Shown piece by piece: positions 41,125 through 51,434 of a stretch of DNA of 64,000 bases. Source of the DNA: Actinomycetes bacterium (lineage in GTDB: Bacteria > Actinomycetota > Acidimicrobiia > Acidimicrobiales > JABEUL01); the NCBI GenBank assembly GCA_021852345.1, contig JAJZNL010000055.1, positions 29,070 to 93,069 on the forward strand, given 5' to 3'. The notes below the pieces were generated by a model. The model did not search any database, had not been told where the DNA came from, and saw only the letters and a list, made by a program, of their open reading frames with translations. The translations under genes were made by a program, and so were the position numbers. Each line of letters begins with the position of its first letter. The stretch's first letter is position 1.

Positions 41125-43835
41125 TTTTTAACCTCTACCAGTAAACCGTTAGAACCGTAAAGCACTTTAGATGCATCGAGTTTCTTAACAATTACCGTAT
41201 TTTCGGCAACTCCCGAATCTACGACTACATCAAATTCTGCTTCGGCTGACCCCAGCTTCAACTTGATCGAATCTCCGGCGTGACATCCCACGCTATTTGC
41301 CAGTGAAGGCGATATCTTGGCTACGTTATCAGTTTTAATTTCAGACAAAGTAGCGGCACTCTTTATTAACGTACCGTCGTCCATCAAAGATTCGACTACT
41401 ACCATTTCACAAATATTTCGATCTTGATCGGCTGGCCTAGATTTGCTATTCTTGTCGTCGCCACTTGTACCGCTCGATACCGCAGATTTTGACTCCAAAG
41501 TAATCTCTTTAAATTCGTCGACCAACCTAAAATAGGACATCGAAACCGATCCAACTTTGAAGGTGTTCTCATCGGAATATTCAGAAGGTATTACCGCACC
41601 CGCATAAAGAGGTGTACCTTGATGGTTGGTTGATGCTATGCCGGGAACCTCAATTGGATCGTGAGGCCGTCTTTCAATTGACACTGGTTTTGAACCCATA
41701 GGTACAACCACTCCAGATTCACCCAACACATTTAGACCCTTTGAAAATCCGAAGTAAGCCGGGGCAACCTGAGATATCTCGGCTTGAATCTCTTCAAGGG
41801 ACTCAAAACCCATATCTTCTCCCATGGAATCGGCAATTTGAACAGCAATTGCCCAATCGTCAACTGCCAGTGAGGGACCCGTAACCTTACTTGCAATCTT
41901 TGAAACCCTACCCTCCATATTTGTAAAAGTTCCACTCCGTTCTGCATCATACAAAGCTGGCAATACGCAGGTCGCCTTTGCATTTGTGGAATTGATATGG
42001 GTATCTATACAGATTAAATTTTTAACGTTGGCAACAGCTTTTTCTGCAAGTTCAAGATCATAAAAATCTGTCAGTATATCGGTTCCGATTAAAACCAAAG
42101 TGTCTAGTTTAGAAGCCGCAGCCATTTCAAGTAAATTCGTTGCGTCCACACCGACTTTTGTTGGTAATTTTTCCCATCCAACTTCTTTGAGCAATTTGGC
42201 AGAACTCAAAACTGACCGTCCGGGAAGTAGATTGGGATACATGCCCATATCTAATACTCCCATAGCATTCGGCTTGGACAAGACCGGTAAGAACCGAACC
42301 GTAACTGGCGAGAAGAAGGTGGCTAATTTACTTAATGCAGCTTCTAGATTATCCAGAGGCCTATTGGCGTCAATACTTGAATACACGATTGCAACTGAGA
42401 CATTTGCATCAGCTGTCTGCGCAACTGACTTTAAAAGTTCGGCGGCTAAAGTTATTTGCTTATCGTCACTCCCATTCCCGCCGTTTAACAGGCTGGAAAT
42501 TACCTCGCTAAAATTAGAAAAGTTAATGTTAACATGAGTTGCGTATTCGCTAAGTGGGGTTGAATAGGGTCCCACTTCGACCAATTTTGAATCTCTTTTT
42601 AGAATTGCATCCCTTATCCTTAAGAACAAAATAGGAGCTGTCTCTTTCAAATTAGAGCCGATCGTAATGATTAAGTCGGATTCGGCAACTTCGTTTATAG
42701 TCGCAGTTTTAAGACCGTAAAGGGAATTAACCGATCCCAAGTTAAACGGAGCTGCATCCACGTTGTCGGTTCCGATCAACCCCTTAAACAGTTTGGTATA
42801 AGCATAGGCTGATTCATTTGTCAACCTGCTACCGCCTATGATTCCGATCTTATCGGCACCCTTCAATTGGTGTTCGGCAAATACTTCGGCGACTTTTTCA
42901 ATGGCCTGAGGCCATGAAACATCTTGTAGATTCCCGGAAATTGGCATCATGGGGGCCTGAAGCCTGTTGGCTGAATATATAGACTCAAATCCAAATCTGC
43001 CTCGATCGCACAACCATGATTGATTTATTTCGTCCACGTCGATACCTAGATATCGTACAACTTGATTGGCCGATGATTGGGCGGCGACTCTGCATCCTAC
43101 TGAGCAGGAGGTACAAGTACTTTCTACCTGCTCTAAATCCCACGGGCGCGATTTAAATCTGTACGGCTTAGCCGTCAGTGCGCCAACTGGGCAGATCTGT
43201 ACTGTGTTGCCTGAAAAATAGGAGTCAAATGGCTGGCTTGGGAAAATAGCCACTTCGGTTCTGTCACCTCGGCCCAAAAAGTCTATCTCTGCCTCACCGG
43301 CAATCTCTTCGGAGAACCTAGTACAGCGCGAACACTGTATGCAGCGCTCCCGATCCAATTCAACTAACTGCGATATGGCAATCGGTTTGGCAAAATGTCT
43401 CTTTTCCTCTATGAAGCGTGATTCTCCAGGACCATATGCCACGGTTTGATCTTGGAGGGGACATTCACCACCTTTGTCGCAGACGGGACAATCTAAAGGG
43501 TGGTTTATCAGAAGATATTCCAAAACACCGTTTTGGGCCTTCTTTACCGCTTCGCTTTGAGTATTCACTACCATTCCGTTGTCGGCGGGTACATAACATG
43601 AAGGCTGCAGTGTCGGCCCCCTAGGAGAATCAACTTCCACAAGGCACATCCTACAAACACCCACTGGTTCCATTCTTGGATGGTAACAGAACCGGGGAAC
43701 AAACTTACCAGCTTTAGCTGCCGCTTCTATAAGCAACTCGCCTTTGTTGACGACAACTTCAATGCCATCTATTGTAAGTTTGACCTTGGACGGATCCAGC
43801 TCAACTTTATCTTCGGTCTGATCACTACTTGTCAA
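41121..43835 (-). CDS. nuoG: NADH-quinone oxidoreductase subunit G
   Basis: CYH..CRMC, HPLDCPVCDKGGEC, CIQCSRC..CPVGAL, CTSCSVGC (N7). Confidence 0.96.
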   Translation of the reverse strand: MTSSDQTEDKVELDPSKVKLTIDGIEVVVNKGELLIEAAAKAGKFVPRFCYHPRMEPVGVCRMCLVEVDSPRGPTLQPSCYVPADNGMVVNTQSEAVKKAQNGVLEYLLINHPLDCPVCDKGGECPLQDQTVAYGPGESRFIEEKRHFAKPIAISQLVELDRERCIQCSRCTRFSEEIAGEAEIDFLGRGDRTEVAIFPSQPFDSYFSGNTVQICPVGALTAKPYRFKSRPWDLEQVESTCTSCSVGCRVAAQSSANQVVRYLGIDVDEINQSWLCDRGRFGFESIYSANRLQAPMMPISGNLQDVSWPQAIEKVAEVFAEHQLKGADKIGIIGGSRLTNESAYAYTKLFKGLIGTDNVDAAPFNLGSVNSLYGLKTATINEVAESDLIITIGSNLKETAPILFLRIRDAILKRDSKLVEVGPYSTPLSEYATHVNINFSNFSEVISSLLNGGNGSDDKQITLAAELLKSVAQTADANVSVAIVYSSIDANRPLDNLEAALSKLATFFSPVTVRFLPVLSKPNAMGVLDMGMYPNLLPGRSVLSSAKLLKEVGWEKLPTKVGVDATNLLEMAAASKLDTLVLIGTDILTDFYDLELAEKAVANVKNLICIDTHINSTNAKATCVLPALYDAERSGTFTNMEGRVSKIASKVTGPSLAVDDWAIAVQIADSMGEDMGFESLEEIQAEISQVAPAYFGFSKGLNVLGESGVVVPMGSKPVSIERRPHDPIEVPGIASTNHQGTPLYAGAVIPSEYSDENTFKVGSVSMSYFRLVDEFKEITLESKSAVSSGTSGDDKNSKSRPADQDRNICEMVVVESLMDDGTLIKSAATLSEIKTDNVAKISPSLANSVGCHAGDSIKLKLGSAEAEFDVVVDSGVAENTVIVKKLDASKVLYGSNGLLVEVKK

Positions 43836-45141
43836 AGGTACACTTTCCTTTTTCTATATGGTCAATAAAATCTTGTTTAAACATGTTAACGGCCGAAACG
43901 ATCGAAGATGGTATTGACGGACCCAAAACACAGATCGTAGTTTGTTTGGGAGGCCAACTCAGACCTGGAGCGATGTTGTCGCAAACATCCATAACCAAAT
44001 CAATATCTTCCATACGCCCATTTCCGGTTTCAATTCTATGCATTATCTTTTCGATCCACCCTGAACCTTCCCTGCAGGGTGTGCACTGACCGCAGGACTC
44101 TCTGTAAAAAAACTTTGAAATTCTCCAAGCTGCTTTCACAGGACAGGTACTTTCATTAAATACCACTACCGATCCCGATCCCAACATAGATCCTTTATTG
44201 GCAATGGCCTCTTGAGTCAACGGAAGGTCGAGATGCTCCGGACCGAACCAAGGAGCCGAAACTCCGCCGGGTATAAAAGCTTTTAAGGCAAGGTCATCTA
44301 AAATACCGCCACCATAGGACTCGTCGAAAATTAAATTCCTAAACGTGACTTTTCCCATTTCAACTTCATAGTTACCAGGTCTTTTAACTTGACCCGACAA
44401 AGCGAAAATTCTAGATCCCGCCGATGAATCCTGCCCCATCGCCGCGAATGCATCGCCTCCGTTTAATACAATCCACGGAAGGTTTGAGACAGTTTCGATA
44501 TTATTGACAACTGTAGGTTGATTGTACAATCCCATTACGGCGGGAAAATACGGAGGCTTTATTCTCGGATAACCTCTTTTACCTTCAAGACTTTGAAGCA
44601 GAGAGGTCTCTTCTCCACAAATATAAGCACCCGCTCCCGGATGAACTACTATATCAACTGAAAACCCCGAACCGAATATATCAGCCCCAACAGCTCCGTA
44701 ATCGTATGCTTCGTTTAAAGCCGCCTGCAATCTCTCAAGACCTAATGCGAATTCCCCCCGACAAAATATAAAAGCTTGATTAACGCCCAATGCGTAGGAT
44801 GCGACTACTACACCTTCTATTATTTGATGAGGATCTCTTTCAATTAAATCGTGATCTTTAAAAGTTGCTGGTTCACTCTCGTCTCCGTTAATGACAAGAT
44901 ACTTAACCCGTGCAGGTTTTAACATCGACCACTTACGTCCAGCTGGAAACCCTGCTCCTCCTCTGCCTAATAATGAAGCTTTCATGACTTCATCTGCTAC
45001 GTCTTCTGGGTTCATTTGAAGCGCTTTTTTTAGCCCCTCATAACCACCAGTAGACAAATAAGTCTCAAGCTTGTAAGCCTCTTCTATACCTAGCCTCTTA
45101 GAAACTATAGGCAGATTTTTGTTTACGATTATATCACTCAT
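43825..45141 (-). CDS. nuoF: NADH-quinone oxidoreductase subunit F
   Basis: GRGGAGFP, GAGAYICGEET, ESCGQCTPCREG. Confidence 0.96.
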   Translation of the reverse strand: MSDIIVNKNLPIVSKRLGIEEAYKLETYLSTGGYEGLKKALQMNPEDVADEVMKASLLGRGGAGFPAGRKWSMLKPARVKYLVINGDESEPATFKDHDLIERDPHQIIEGVVVASYALGVNQAFIFCRGEFALGLERLQAALNEAYDYGAVGADIFGSGFSVDIVVHPGAGAYICGEETSLLQSLEGKRGYPRIKPPYFPAVMGLYNQPTVVNNIETVSNLPWIVLNGGDAFAAMGQDSSAGSRIFALSGQVKRPGNYEVEMGKVTFRNLIFDESYGGGILDDLALKAFIPGGVSAPWFGPEHLDLPLTQEAIANKGSMLGSGSVVVFNESTCPVKAAWRISKFFYRESCGQCTPCREGSGWIEKIMHRIETGNGRMEDIDLVMDVCDNIAPGLSWPPKQTTICVLGPSIPSSIVSAVNMFKQDFIDHIEKGKCTFDK

Positions 45142-45168
45142 AATTTAATAACGGAATTTAAAAACGAA

Positions 45169-45795
45169 TCAATTCGATTCGGATTTCTTGGCTAGCCTTT
45201 CCTTTTTGGCGCTTTCCATAACGTCTCTTTCTGCTTGTACCTGATCGGGAGTCGCCTTTAAGCCGTAGTTTCTATCCACGCGATTCAATACTCCGTGCTC
45301 AGGTACCTCGTCTTTAAGTTTGCCCGATCTTAAGTCTTTAATTAAACGATCAAAACCCTCGTTGTCCAACGGCCCAAAGAATCGGTGATTAACCTGAACA
45401 CACGGTGCATTATTACATCCCGCTAGGCACTCTGCTTCTTCTAAAGTAAACTGTCCATCTTGCGTTGTACCACCAATGCCTACGTCCAAAGATTCTTGAG
45501 CGTGCTCAAGCAGCTCGTCTGCCCCTCGTAACATGCAGGCTATATTGGTACACATTGCTACCACATGTTTGCCAACGGGTTCAAGATGAAACATGTCATA
45601 AAAACTTGCGGTGCCCCGGACCTCTGCAGGGGTAACACCAACCAAATCCGCTATTTCCACAATGGCCTCGGGTGTCAAATACCCGTCTTGCCCCTGGGCC
45701 AAATGACACAAAGGAATAAGAGCGGACCTCTTGTTTGGATATATCTCCAACAAGATATTGGCTTTGTTAATGATCTCTTCCGATAAATGTCCCAC
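45169..45795 (-). CDS. nuoE: NADH-quinone oxidoreductase subunit E
   Basis: ASFYDMF, CTNIAC, ECLAGC. Confidence 0.95.
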   Translation of the reverse strand: MGHLSEEIINKANILLEIYPNKRSALIPLCHLAQGQDGYLTPEAIVEIADLVGVTPAEVRGTASFYDMFHLEPVGKHVVAMCTNIACMLRGADELLEHAQESLDVGIGGTTQDGQFTLEEAECLAGCNNAPCVQVNHRFFGPLDNEGFDRLIKDLRSGKLKDEVPEHGVLNRVDRNYGLKATPDQVQAERDVMESAKKERLAKKSESN

Positions 45796-47072
45796 TATCT
45801 GTCTACCTCTCCCATAACCGGGTCAACCGAAGAAATTGACGCGACTGCATCTGCCACTAAAGAACCTCTCAACAACGGCGGTAATGCCTGTAAATTAACA
45901 AACGACGGAGCCCGTACGTGCATCCTTAAAGGCCGACCAGTTCCGTCTGAGGCCAAGTAGCATCCCAACTCACCTCTAGGTGATTCAACTGCAACGTATG
46001 TTTCTCCTTCAGGAACCAAAATACCCTCGGTAAATAATTTAAAATGATGAATCAGTGCCTCCATGGACTGATCTATTCTGGCTCTGGGAGGCGGCGTTAC
46101 CTTAGAATCCTGAGCTCGGTAGTCTCCCTTGGGCATCTTGTCCAATATTTGCCTAACTATATTTGCTGATTCCCGAATTTCATTCAATCTAACTGCATAT
46201 CTGTCGAAATTATCACCGACGGTACCAACTATTACGTCAAAGTCGACCTCATCGTATGCCAAATACGGCATAGTTTTCCTAAGATCCCACGGCACACCGC
46301 TTGCCCTAAGTAAAGGACCCGTAATCGAAAGCTCAATTGCAGTTTCTGCCGACAAAGTTCCGACTCCTTCGACCCGCTCTCTGAAAATCGGCTGGCCCGT
46401 AAAAAATTCGTCATATTCGTCCAACCTAAACAAAACTGTCTTGTAAATCGATTCTACGTCCTCTTCCCAACCGTCGGGAAGGTCTGCTGCGACTCCACCA
46501 GGCCTTATGTAGTTGTGATTCATTCTCAACCCAGTAGTTTTTTCAAAAAAGGATAGGATTAGTTCACGCTCCCTAAAACCAAATATCATCATAGTGGTGG
46601 CACCGAGATCCATACCATTAGTTGCAAGCCACATTAGATGCGAAGACATTCTGTTGAGCTCGCACATTAACATTCTTATCCAGGTAGCCCTTGGTGGCAT
46701 TTCTACGGCCAACAGATCCTCGACGGCCAAACTAAATACCAACTCATTTGCTAACGGCGAAAGGTAATCCATACGAGTCACGTTAGTTGCGCCTTGCGCA
46801 TAGGTTAACTCTTCGGCGGTTTTCTCCATTCCAGTATGCAAATACCCGATAATGGGCTTGCAGCGCAAAACCGTTTCCCCCTCAAGTTCCATCATCACCC
46901 TCAACACACCGTGTGTAGAAGGATGCTGGGGTCCCATATTAACGATCATTTTCTCGCCGGAACCAAATTCAATTTCACCTAAATCATCGGCATCTAACCC
47001 GGAGGACTCAGGCAAACGCAATACCGCAGAATTGCCTATTTCTGGCTGTGCTGTTTCTCTGTCTGTCGTCAT
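45795..47072 (-). CDS. nuoD: NADH-quinone oxidoreductase subunit D
   Basis: NMGPQHPSTHGVLR, GYLHTGMEK, ESPRGE, GEVDR. Confidence 0.97.
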   Translation of the reverse strand: MTTDRETAQPEIGNSAVLRLPESSGLDADDLGEIEFGSGEKMIVNMGPQHPSTHGVLRVMMELEGETVLRCKPIIGYLHTGMEKTAEELTYAQGATNVTRMDYLSPLANELVFSLAVEDLLAVEMPPRATWIRMLMCELNRMSSHLMWLATNGMDLGATTMMIFGFRERELILSFFEKTTGLRMNHNYIRPGGVAADLPDGWEEDVESIYKTVLFRLDEYDEFFTGQPIFRERVEGVGTLSAETAIELSITGPLLRASGVPWDLRKTMPYLAYDEVDFDVIVGTVGDNFDRYAVRLNEIRESANIVRQILDKMPKGDYRAQDSKVTPPPRARIDQSMEALIHHFKLFTEGILVPEGETYVAVESPRGELGCYLASDGTGRPLRMHVRAPSFVNLQALPPLLRGSLVADAVASISSVDPVMGEVDR

Positions 47073-47581
47073 CTTGGACCTAACGTTTCTTTAAATTGAA
47101 CCGGGACGCGACCTGTAGAATAGTCTTTTCGGAGAGGATGTCCTTCCCAACCTTCGGGTAACAATATTCGCGTAAGATCTGGGTGTCCTTTAAATATAAT
47201 TCCCAACATATCAAACGCTTCGCGTTCCATATTCTCTACGCCGGGATAGACATCGACGATTGTGGGTATCGTAGGATTTGATTCAGGTATCATCGCCCTA
47301 ACCCTTATACGCTCTTTTCTACCGTGAGACAATAAGTTTAAAACGACTTCAAATCTTTCTGGAGAGATTGCATCAGGTAGCTTGCGATTAATATTAGTAA
47401 GATAGTCCACCGCACACAGATCGGAAGCAAAATTAAATCCGTCATTAAACAGGTGCTCGACCAATTTGTGATAGTTGCTTACATCCGAAAATACCACCTT
47501 TTGACCCGAAGGAGTCTTTTGAACGGGCAATCCCATAATCGTCTGGTCCGTTGCAGTTTCGTTTGGCTTTGATTCGGTCAC
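47069..47581 (-). CDS. nuoC: NADH-quinone oxidoreductase subunit C
   Basis: [29 protein letters not shown]. Confidence 0.95.
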   Translation of the reverse strand: MTESKPNETATDQTIMGLPVQKTPSGQKVVFSDVSNYHKLVEHLFNDGFNFASDLCAVDYLTNINRKLPDAISPERFEVVLNLLSHGRKERIRVRAMIPESNPTIPTIVDVYPGVENMEREAFDMLGIIFKGHPDLTRILLPEGWEGHPLRKDYSTGRVPVQFKETLGPR

Positions 47582-48156
47582 TTCGGCCTTCCCACATAAG
47601 TTGGTTTGATGGCAACGTCGGTTCTTACAAAAGACTTGTTAGCTTCATCCAAGTGAATCTGTGCGCCTACTCCACTTTCCCTGCGCCTCTTGGTAATTTC
47701 ACCTTCTTTTATTTTTTGGTGAAGGGTCAAAATTGCATGTAAGAGTGTCTGTGGACCAGGCGGACAACCAGGAGCGTATACATCCACGGGTACAATTTGA
47801 TCAACTCCCTGCAAAATTGCATAGTTATTGAACATTCCGCCGCTGCTTGCACAAACCCCCATAGAAATTACCCATTTGGGTTCCATCATTTGATCGTACA
47901 CCTGCCTTAAAACTGGTGCCATTTTTTGAGAAACCCGACCTGCCACTATCATTAAGTCGGCCTGTCTTGGAGATGCTCTGAAAACTTCCATACCAAATCG
48001 CGAAATGTCAAAATCCGCTGCACCAGCAGCCATCATTTCAATTGCACAACAAGCCAAACCGAATGTTGCGGGCCAAACGCTTTGCTTTCTTGCCCACTTG
48101 ACCAATTCTTCAATTTGACCGGTCAAAAAATTATACTGAAGTGATTCAAGACCCAT
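47578..48156 (-). CDS. nuoB: NADH-quinone oxidoreductase subunit B (start moved to ATG 48156)
   Basis: [33 protein letters not shown]. Confidence 0.96.
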   Translation of the reverse strand: MGLESLQYNFLTGQIEELVKWARKQSVWPATFGLACCAIEMMAAGAADFDISRFGMEVFRASPRQADLMIVAGRVSQKMAPVLRQVYDQMMEPKWVISMGVCASSGGMFNNYAILQGVDQIVPVDVYAPGCPPGPQTLLHAILTLHQKIKEGEITKRRRESGVGAQIHLDEANKSFVRTDVAIKPTYVGRPK

Positions 48157-48163
48157 TCTTATC

Positions 48164-48664
48164 CTATGCCGCGCTTCCGTTGTTAATCTCTTCGGATTCC
48201 CTTGATATCTGTCTTCCTTCACTATCAAAGGTAATCTTTTGAACTGTCGATTGTGTAGTTCTTTGTGAATTGGAAGTCTGGGGTACCATCTTCTTAACCG
48301 GACCCCAATCAAGAGCACCGTGAGAAAGCAAGTAACCAAATGGTATGACTATCGCAAGCGCAAAAACTGAAATCTCCACCACTCCGAACAGGGCGAGTTG
48401 TCTGGCTACCAATGCGAATGGGAATAGGAAAATAACTTCGATGTCAAATACTATGAATATCATCGCCACCAAATAAAATCTAACCGGGAATCTTTCGGCC
48501 GGCTCATGCGTAGGTAGGATTCCGCATTCATACGGTGCTAATTTTGCCTCTGTTTTTCTTTTGGGAGCCAACAAGCCCGAAGCGATAAAAGATAAAGCGG
48601 CAAATAGCAACGCAAGGATTGCATAAATTAAAATTGGCAAATAATTAATCATAATTCCTAACAA
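48164..48664 (-). CDS. nuoA: NADH-quinone oxidoreductase subunit A
   Basis: [20 protein letters not shown]. Confidence 0.95.
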   Translation of the reverse strand: MLGIMINYLPILIYAILALLFAALSFIASGLLAPKRKTEAKLAPYECGILPTHEPAERFPVRFYLVAMIFIVFDIEVIFLFPFALVARQLALFGVVEISVFALAIVIPFGYLLSHGALDWGPVKKMVPQTSNSQRTTQSTVQKITFDSEGRQISRESEEINNGSAA

Positions 48665-48983
48665 ATATCCTCAATAAGATTTTAGGGTAATTTTTCAATC
48701 ACATTTAAAGATAATGCGATTAATGCAAAATCACTTTACAAGTTAAACAAAAATATGCCAAAAATGGGTAGGAGGGCAAATAAGTCGTTATTATAGAAAT
48801 TGATTCTACATTTACTTAAATTCTAAACGAATTGAAACACCTAATTCAACTCATTAATGAAAAATTACAAATTTTGCATTTATTTTATAAATGCAAGTAA
48901 CTTTTTTTTGAGCAAATTGTCGCAATTGAAGTTGGGTAATCAAAAAGTACTGTTCCTTAAAATATTTGAACTAAAGTAAAAAT

Positions 48984-49982
48984 ATGAATTCGAAAGCAGA
49001 ATCTAATCTGGATTCCGTAAGGCCAAGGAGGCTCAGAAGAACCCCTGCAATTAGGTCATTGCTAAGCAAAACGTACATCCACTCGAATAATCTTATACTT
49101 CCTATCTTTATAAAAGAAGGTTTAAAGAACAAGACCCCAATACCGTCAATGCCAGGAGTCTTTCAACACAACACTAAATCCGCAGAAAAATTGATTGAAG
49201 ATGCCCTTGAAGTCGGCATTTTTAGTTTCGCTCTTTTCGGCATACCCGACAAAAAAGACCTTGAGGGCAAAAACGCAATTGACCCAAATGGAGTTCTTCA
49301 AAGTTCAGTATCGTCAATTAAAGACAAATTTCAGGATGCAGTTACGGTTATCCCAGACCTCTGTTTGGATGAATTCTTAATTCACGGTCATTGCGGTGTC
49401 TTAAATTCTAAAAATCAGGTAGACAACGATGCGACGGTAGCAATATATGCAGAGATGGCAGTATCATTAGCCGAAGCTGGGGCCGACATGGTCGCCCCTT
49501 CGGGAATGATGGACGGACAGGTCAAAGCAATCAGACAAGCGTTAGACGAAAACGGACATTCGGACTGCTCCATATTATCGTATTCAGTTAAGTTTGCTTC
49601 AAGTGCTTACGGTCCTTTCCGCGATGCCGTTGAGGTGAATCTAACAGGAGACAGAAAGACATATCAACAGGACATACAACGATCCTATCAAGATGCGTTG
49701 TGGGAAGCTCAGCTCGACGAAGCAGAAGGCGCCGATATTTTAATGGTTAAGCCCGCAATTTTTAATTTAGACATAATTAACAAACTCGAGGCAGCCTTCA
49801 ATCTACCAATATTTGCATATCAGGTTAGCGGTGAGTATTCGATGATAAAAACTTGTGCGGATGCTGGATATATTAACTATACGGACACAATGTACGAGAC
49901 GTTGAATTCAATTTTTCGAGCCGGTGCGACAGCCGTATTAACATACGGAGCACTGGACATAGCCAGACACCTTAACGCTTAG
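48984..49982 (+). CDS. hemB: Porphobilinogen synthase
   Basis: RPRRLR, DLCLDEF..HGHCG, APSGMMDG, YGPFRDA, MVKPA, AYQVSGEY. Confidence 0.96.
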   Translation: MNSKAESNLDSVRPRRLRRTPAIRSLLSKTYIHSNNLILPIFIKEGLKNKTPIPSMPGVFQHNTKSAEKLIEDALEVGIFSFALFGIPDKKDLEGKNAIDPNGVLQSSVSSIKDKFQDAVTVIPDLCLDEFLIHGHCGVLNSKNQVDNDATVAIYAEMAVSLAEAGADMVAPSGMMDGQVKAIRQALDENGHSDCSILSYSVKFASSAYGPFRDAVEVNLTGDRKTYQQDIQRSYQDALWEAQLDEAEGADILMVKPAIFNLDIINKLEAAFNLPIFAYQVSGEYSMIKTCADAGYINYTDTMYETLNSIFRAGATAVLTYGALDIARHLNA

Positions 49983-50141
49983 GCCCGCCCCATAAATGCG
50001 GTATCGGTAAAATGATTACATGAGCCGGTGGCAACGGTAGCTTAGCATCGGCTCTACTTAAGGTCCTGACCTTGTTAGCGACTAAACCGCTCGATTTCAA
50101 ATATTACAATCGCCATCGACTTCTCTAATAAGCTTTATACA

Positions 50142-51434
50142 ATGACAGATTCGAACTTTTCAAACAATGCCTGGTACGAAAGGGCAAAAAAATCATTAGT
50201 GGGCGGAGTGTCTTCGCCAGTCAGATCCTTCAACGCAGTCGGCGGGACACCGTTAACAATAACCGAAGGTAACGGGGCACACATTAAAGATGTGGAAGGG
50301 CGCACCTATTTGGATTACGTCCAATCCTATGGAGCTTCAATTCTGGGGCATGCACACCCCAAGGTGGTTGAAGCTATTCAACAAGCTGCCAGCAAGGGAA
50401 CAACTTTCGGGGCGACAACTCCAGGAGAAATAGAATTAGCCGAAAGAATTAAAGACCGCGTAAAAGGGTTAGAGCTGATTCGATTCGTAAGTTCGGGGAC
50501 CGAAGCGACAATGTCGGCGATCAGAACCGCGCGCGGGGCAACCGGAAAATCAAAGATTATTATTTTTTCAGGGTGTTATCACGGTCATTCGGACTTTTTG
50601 CTGGCCAGCGGCGGATCGGGAATTGCCTCTTTGGCCATACCGTCGACTAAGGGCGTGCCAGCATCTTATACTCAGCACACCGTAATTGCCAACTACAACG
50701 AGATCCCCATAATCGATAACGACACCGCTGCGGTTATCGTGGAACCTGTAGCAGCGAACATGGGTCTAGTTGAGCCACAACCGGGATTTTTGTTGGAACT
50801 CAGAAAGGTCTGCGATAACGTCGGTGCCCTGCTTATCTTTGACGAAGTAATTACGGGGTTCAGAGTAAACAAAGGCGGCGCGAGCACCTTATACGGAGTT
50901 CGACCCGATTTATGGTGCTTCGGAAAAATAATCGGAGGTGGACTTCCCCTGGCGGCATTTGGAGGAAGAGCTGACGTTATGGAGGAATTAGCGCCGGTAG
51001 GCAAAGTATATCAAGCAGGCACTCTTTCAGGCAACCCCGTGGCAACCGCCGCCGGAAGCGCCGTCCTAGATTTATTGAACGACGAAAGTTACGAGAGTTT
51101 AAAATCCAAAGCTACCAAATTGTCATCGGGGTTGAGACAAGTCATTGGACAAAGAGGAATTGCGGCAAGTATTACCCAAGTCGAAACACTTTTAGGTATA
51201 CACTTCAGTGGCAATCCCGTTAAAAATTTTGAAGAGGCTCAAAAAGCGGCCAACAACGGTAAATATAAGCAATTTTTCCATGAAATGCTTAAAGACTTCA
51301 TATCGTTTGCTCCAGGACCATACGAGTCTATTTTTATTTCACTTGCTCACAGTGACTCAGACCTAAATAAAACAGTCGAAGCCGCAGATGCCACCGCATT
51401 TAAGATGTCAAAGACCGAATTTTTAACTTATTAG
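50142..51434 (+). CDS. hemL: Glutamate-1-semialdehyde 2,1-aminomutase
   Basis: GGVSSPVRSF, SGTEATM, FDEVITGFR, GKIIGGGLP, QAGTLSGNP. Confidence 0.96.
   Translation: MTDSNFSNNAWYERAKKSLVGGVSSPVRSFNAVGGTPLTITEGNGAHIKDVEGRTYLDYVQSYGASILGHAHPKVVEAIQQAASKGTTFGATTPGEIELAERIKDRVKGLELIRFVSSGTEATMSAIRTARGATGKSKIIIFSGCYHGHSDFLLASGGSGIASLAIPSTKGVPASYTQHTVIANYNEIPIIDNDTAAVIVEPVAANMGLVEPQPGFLLELRKVCDNVGALLIFDEVITGFRVNKGGASTLYGVRPDLWCFGKIIGGGLPLAAFGGRADVMEELAPVGKVYQAGTLSGNPVATAAGSAVLDLLNDESYESLKSKATKLSSGLRQVIGQRGIAASITQVETLLGIHFSGNPVKNFEEAQKAANNGKYKQFFHEMLKDFISFAPGPYESIFISLAHSDSDLNKTVEAADATAFKMSKTEFLTY

Noticed and set aside
48157..48339. N-terminal extension of NuoB in the ORF track
   Set aside because: Overlaps nuoA in another frame; ATG 48156 gives a normal NuoB
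48723..48741. Possible Rex operator upstream of nuoA
   Set aside because: TTGTAAAGTGATTTTGCA (- strand) is too far from TTGTGAANNNNTTCACAA in AT-rich DNA
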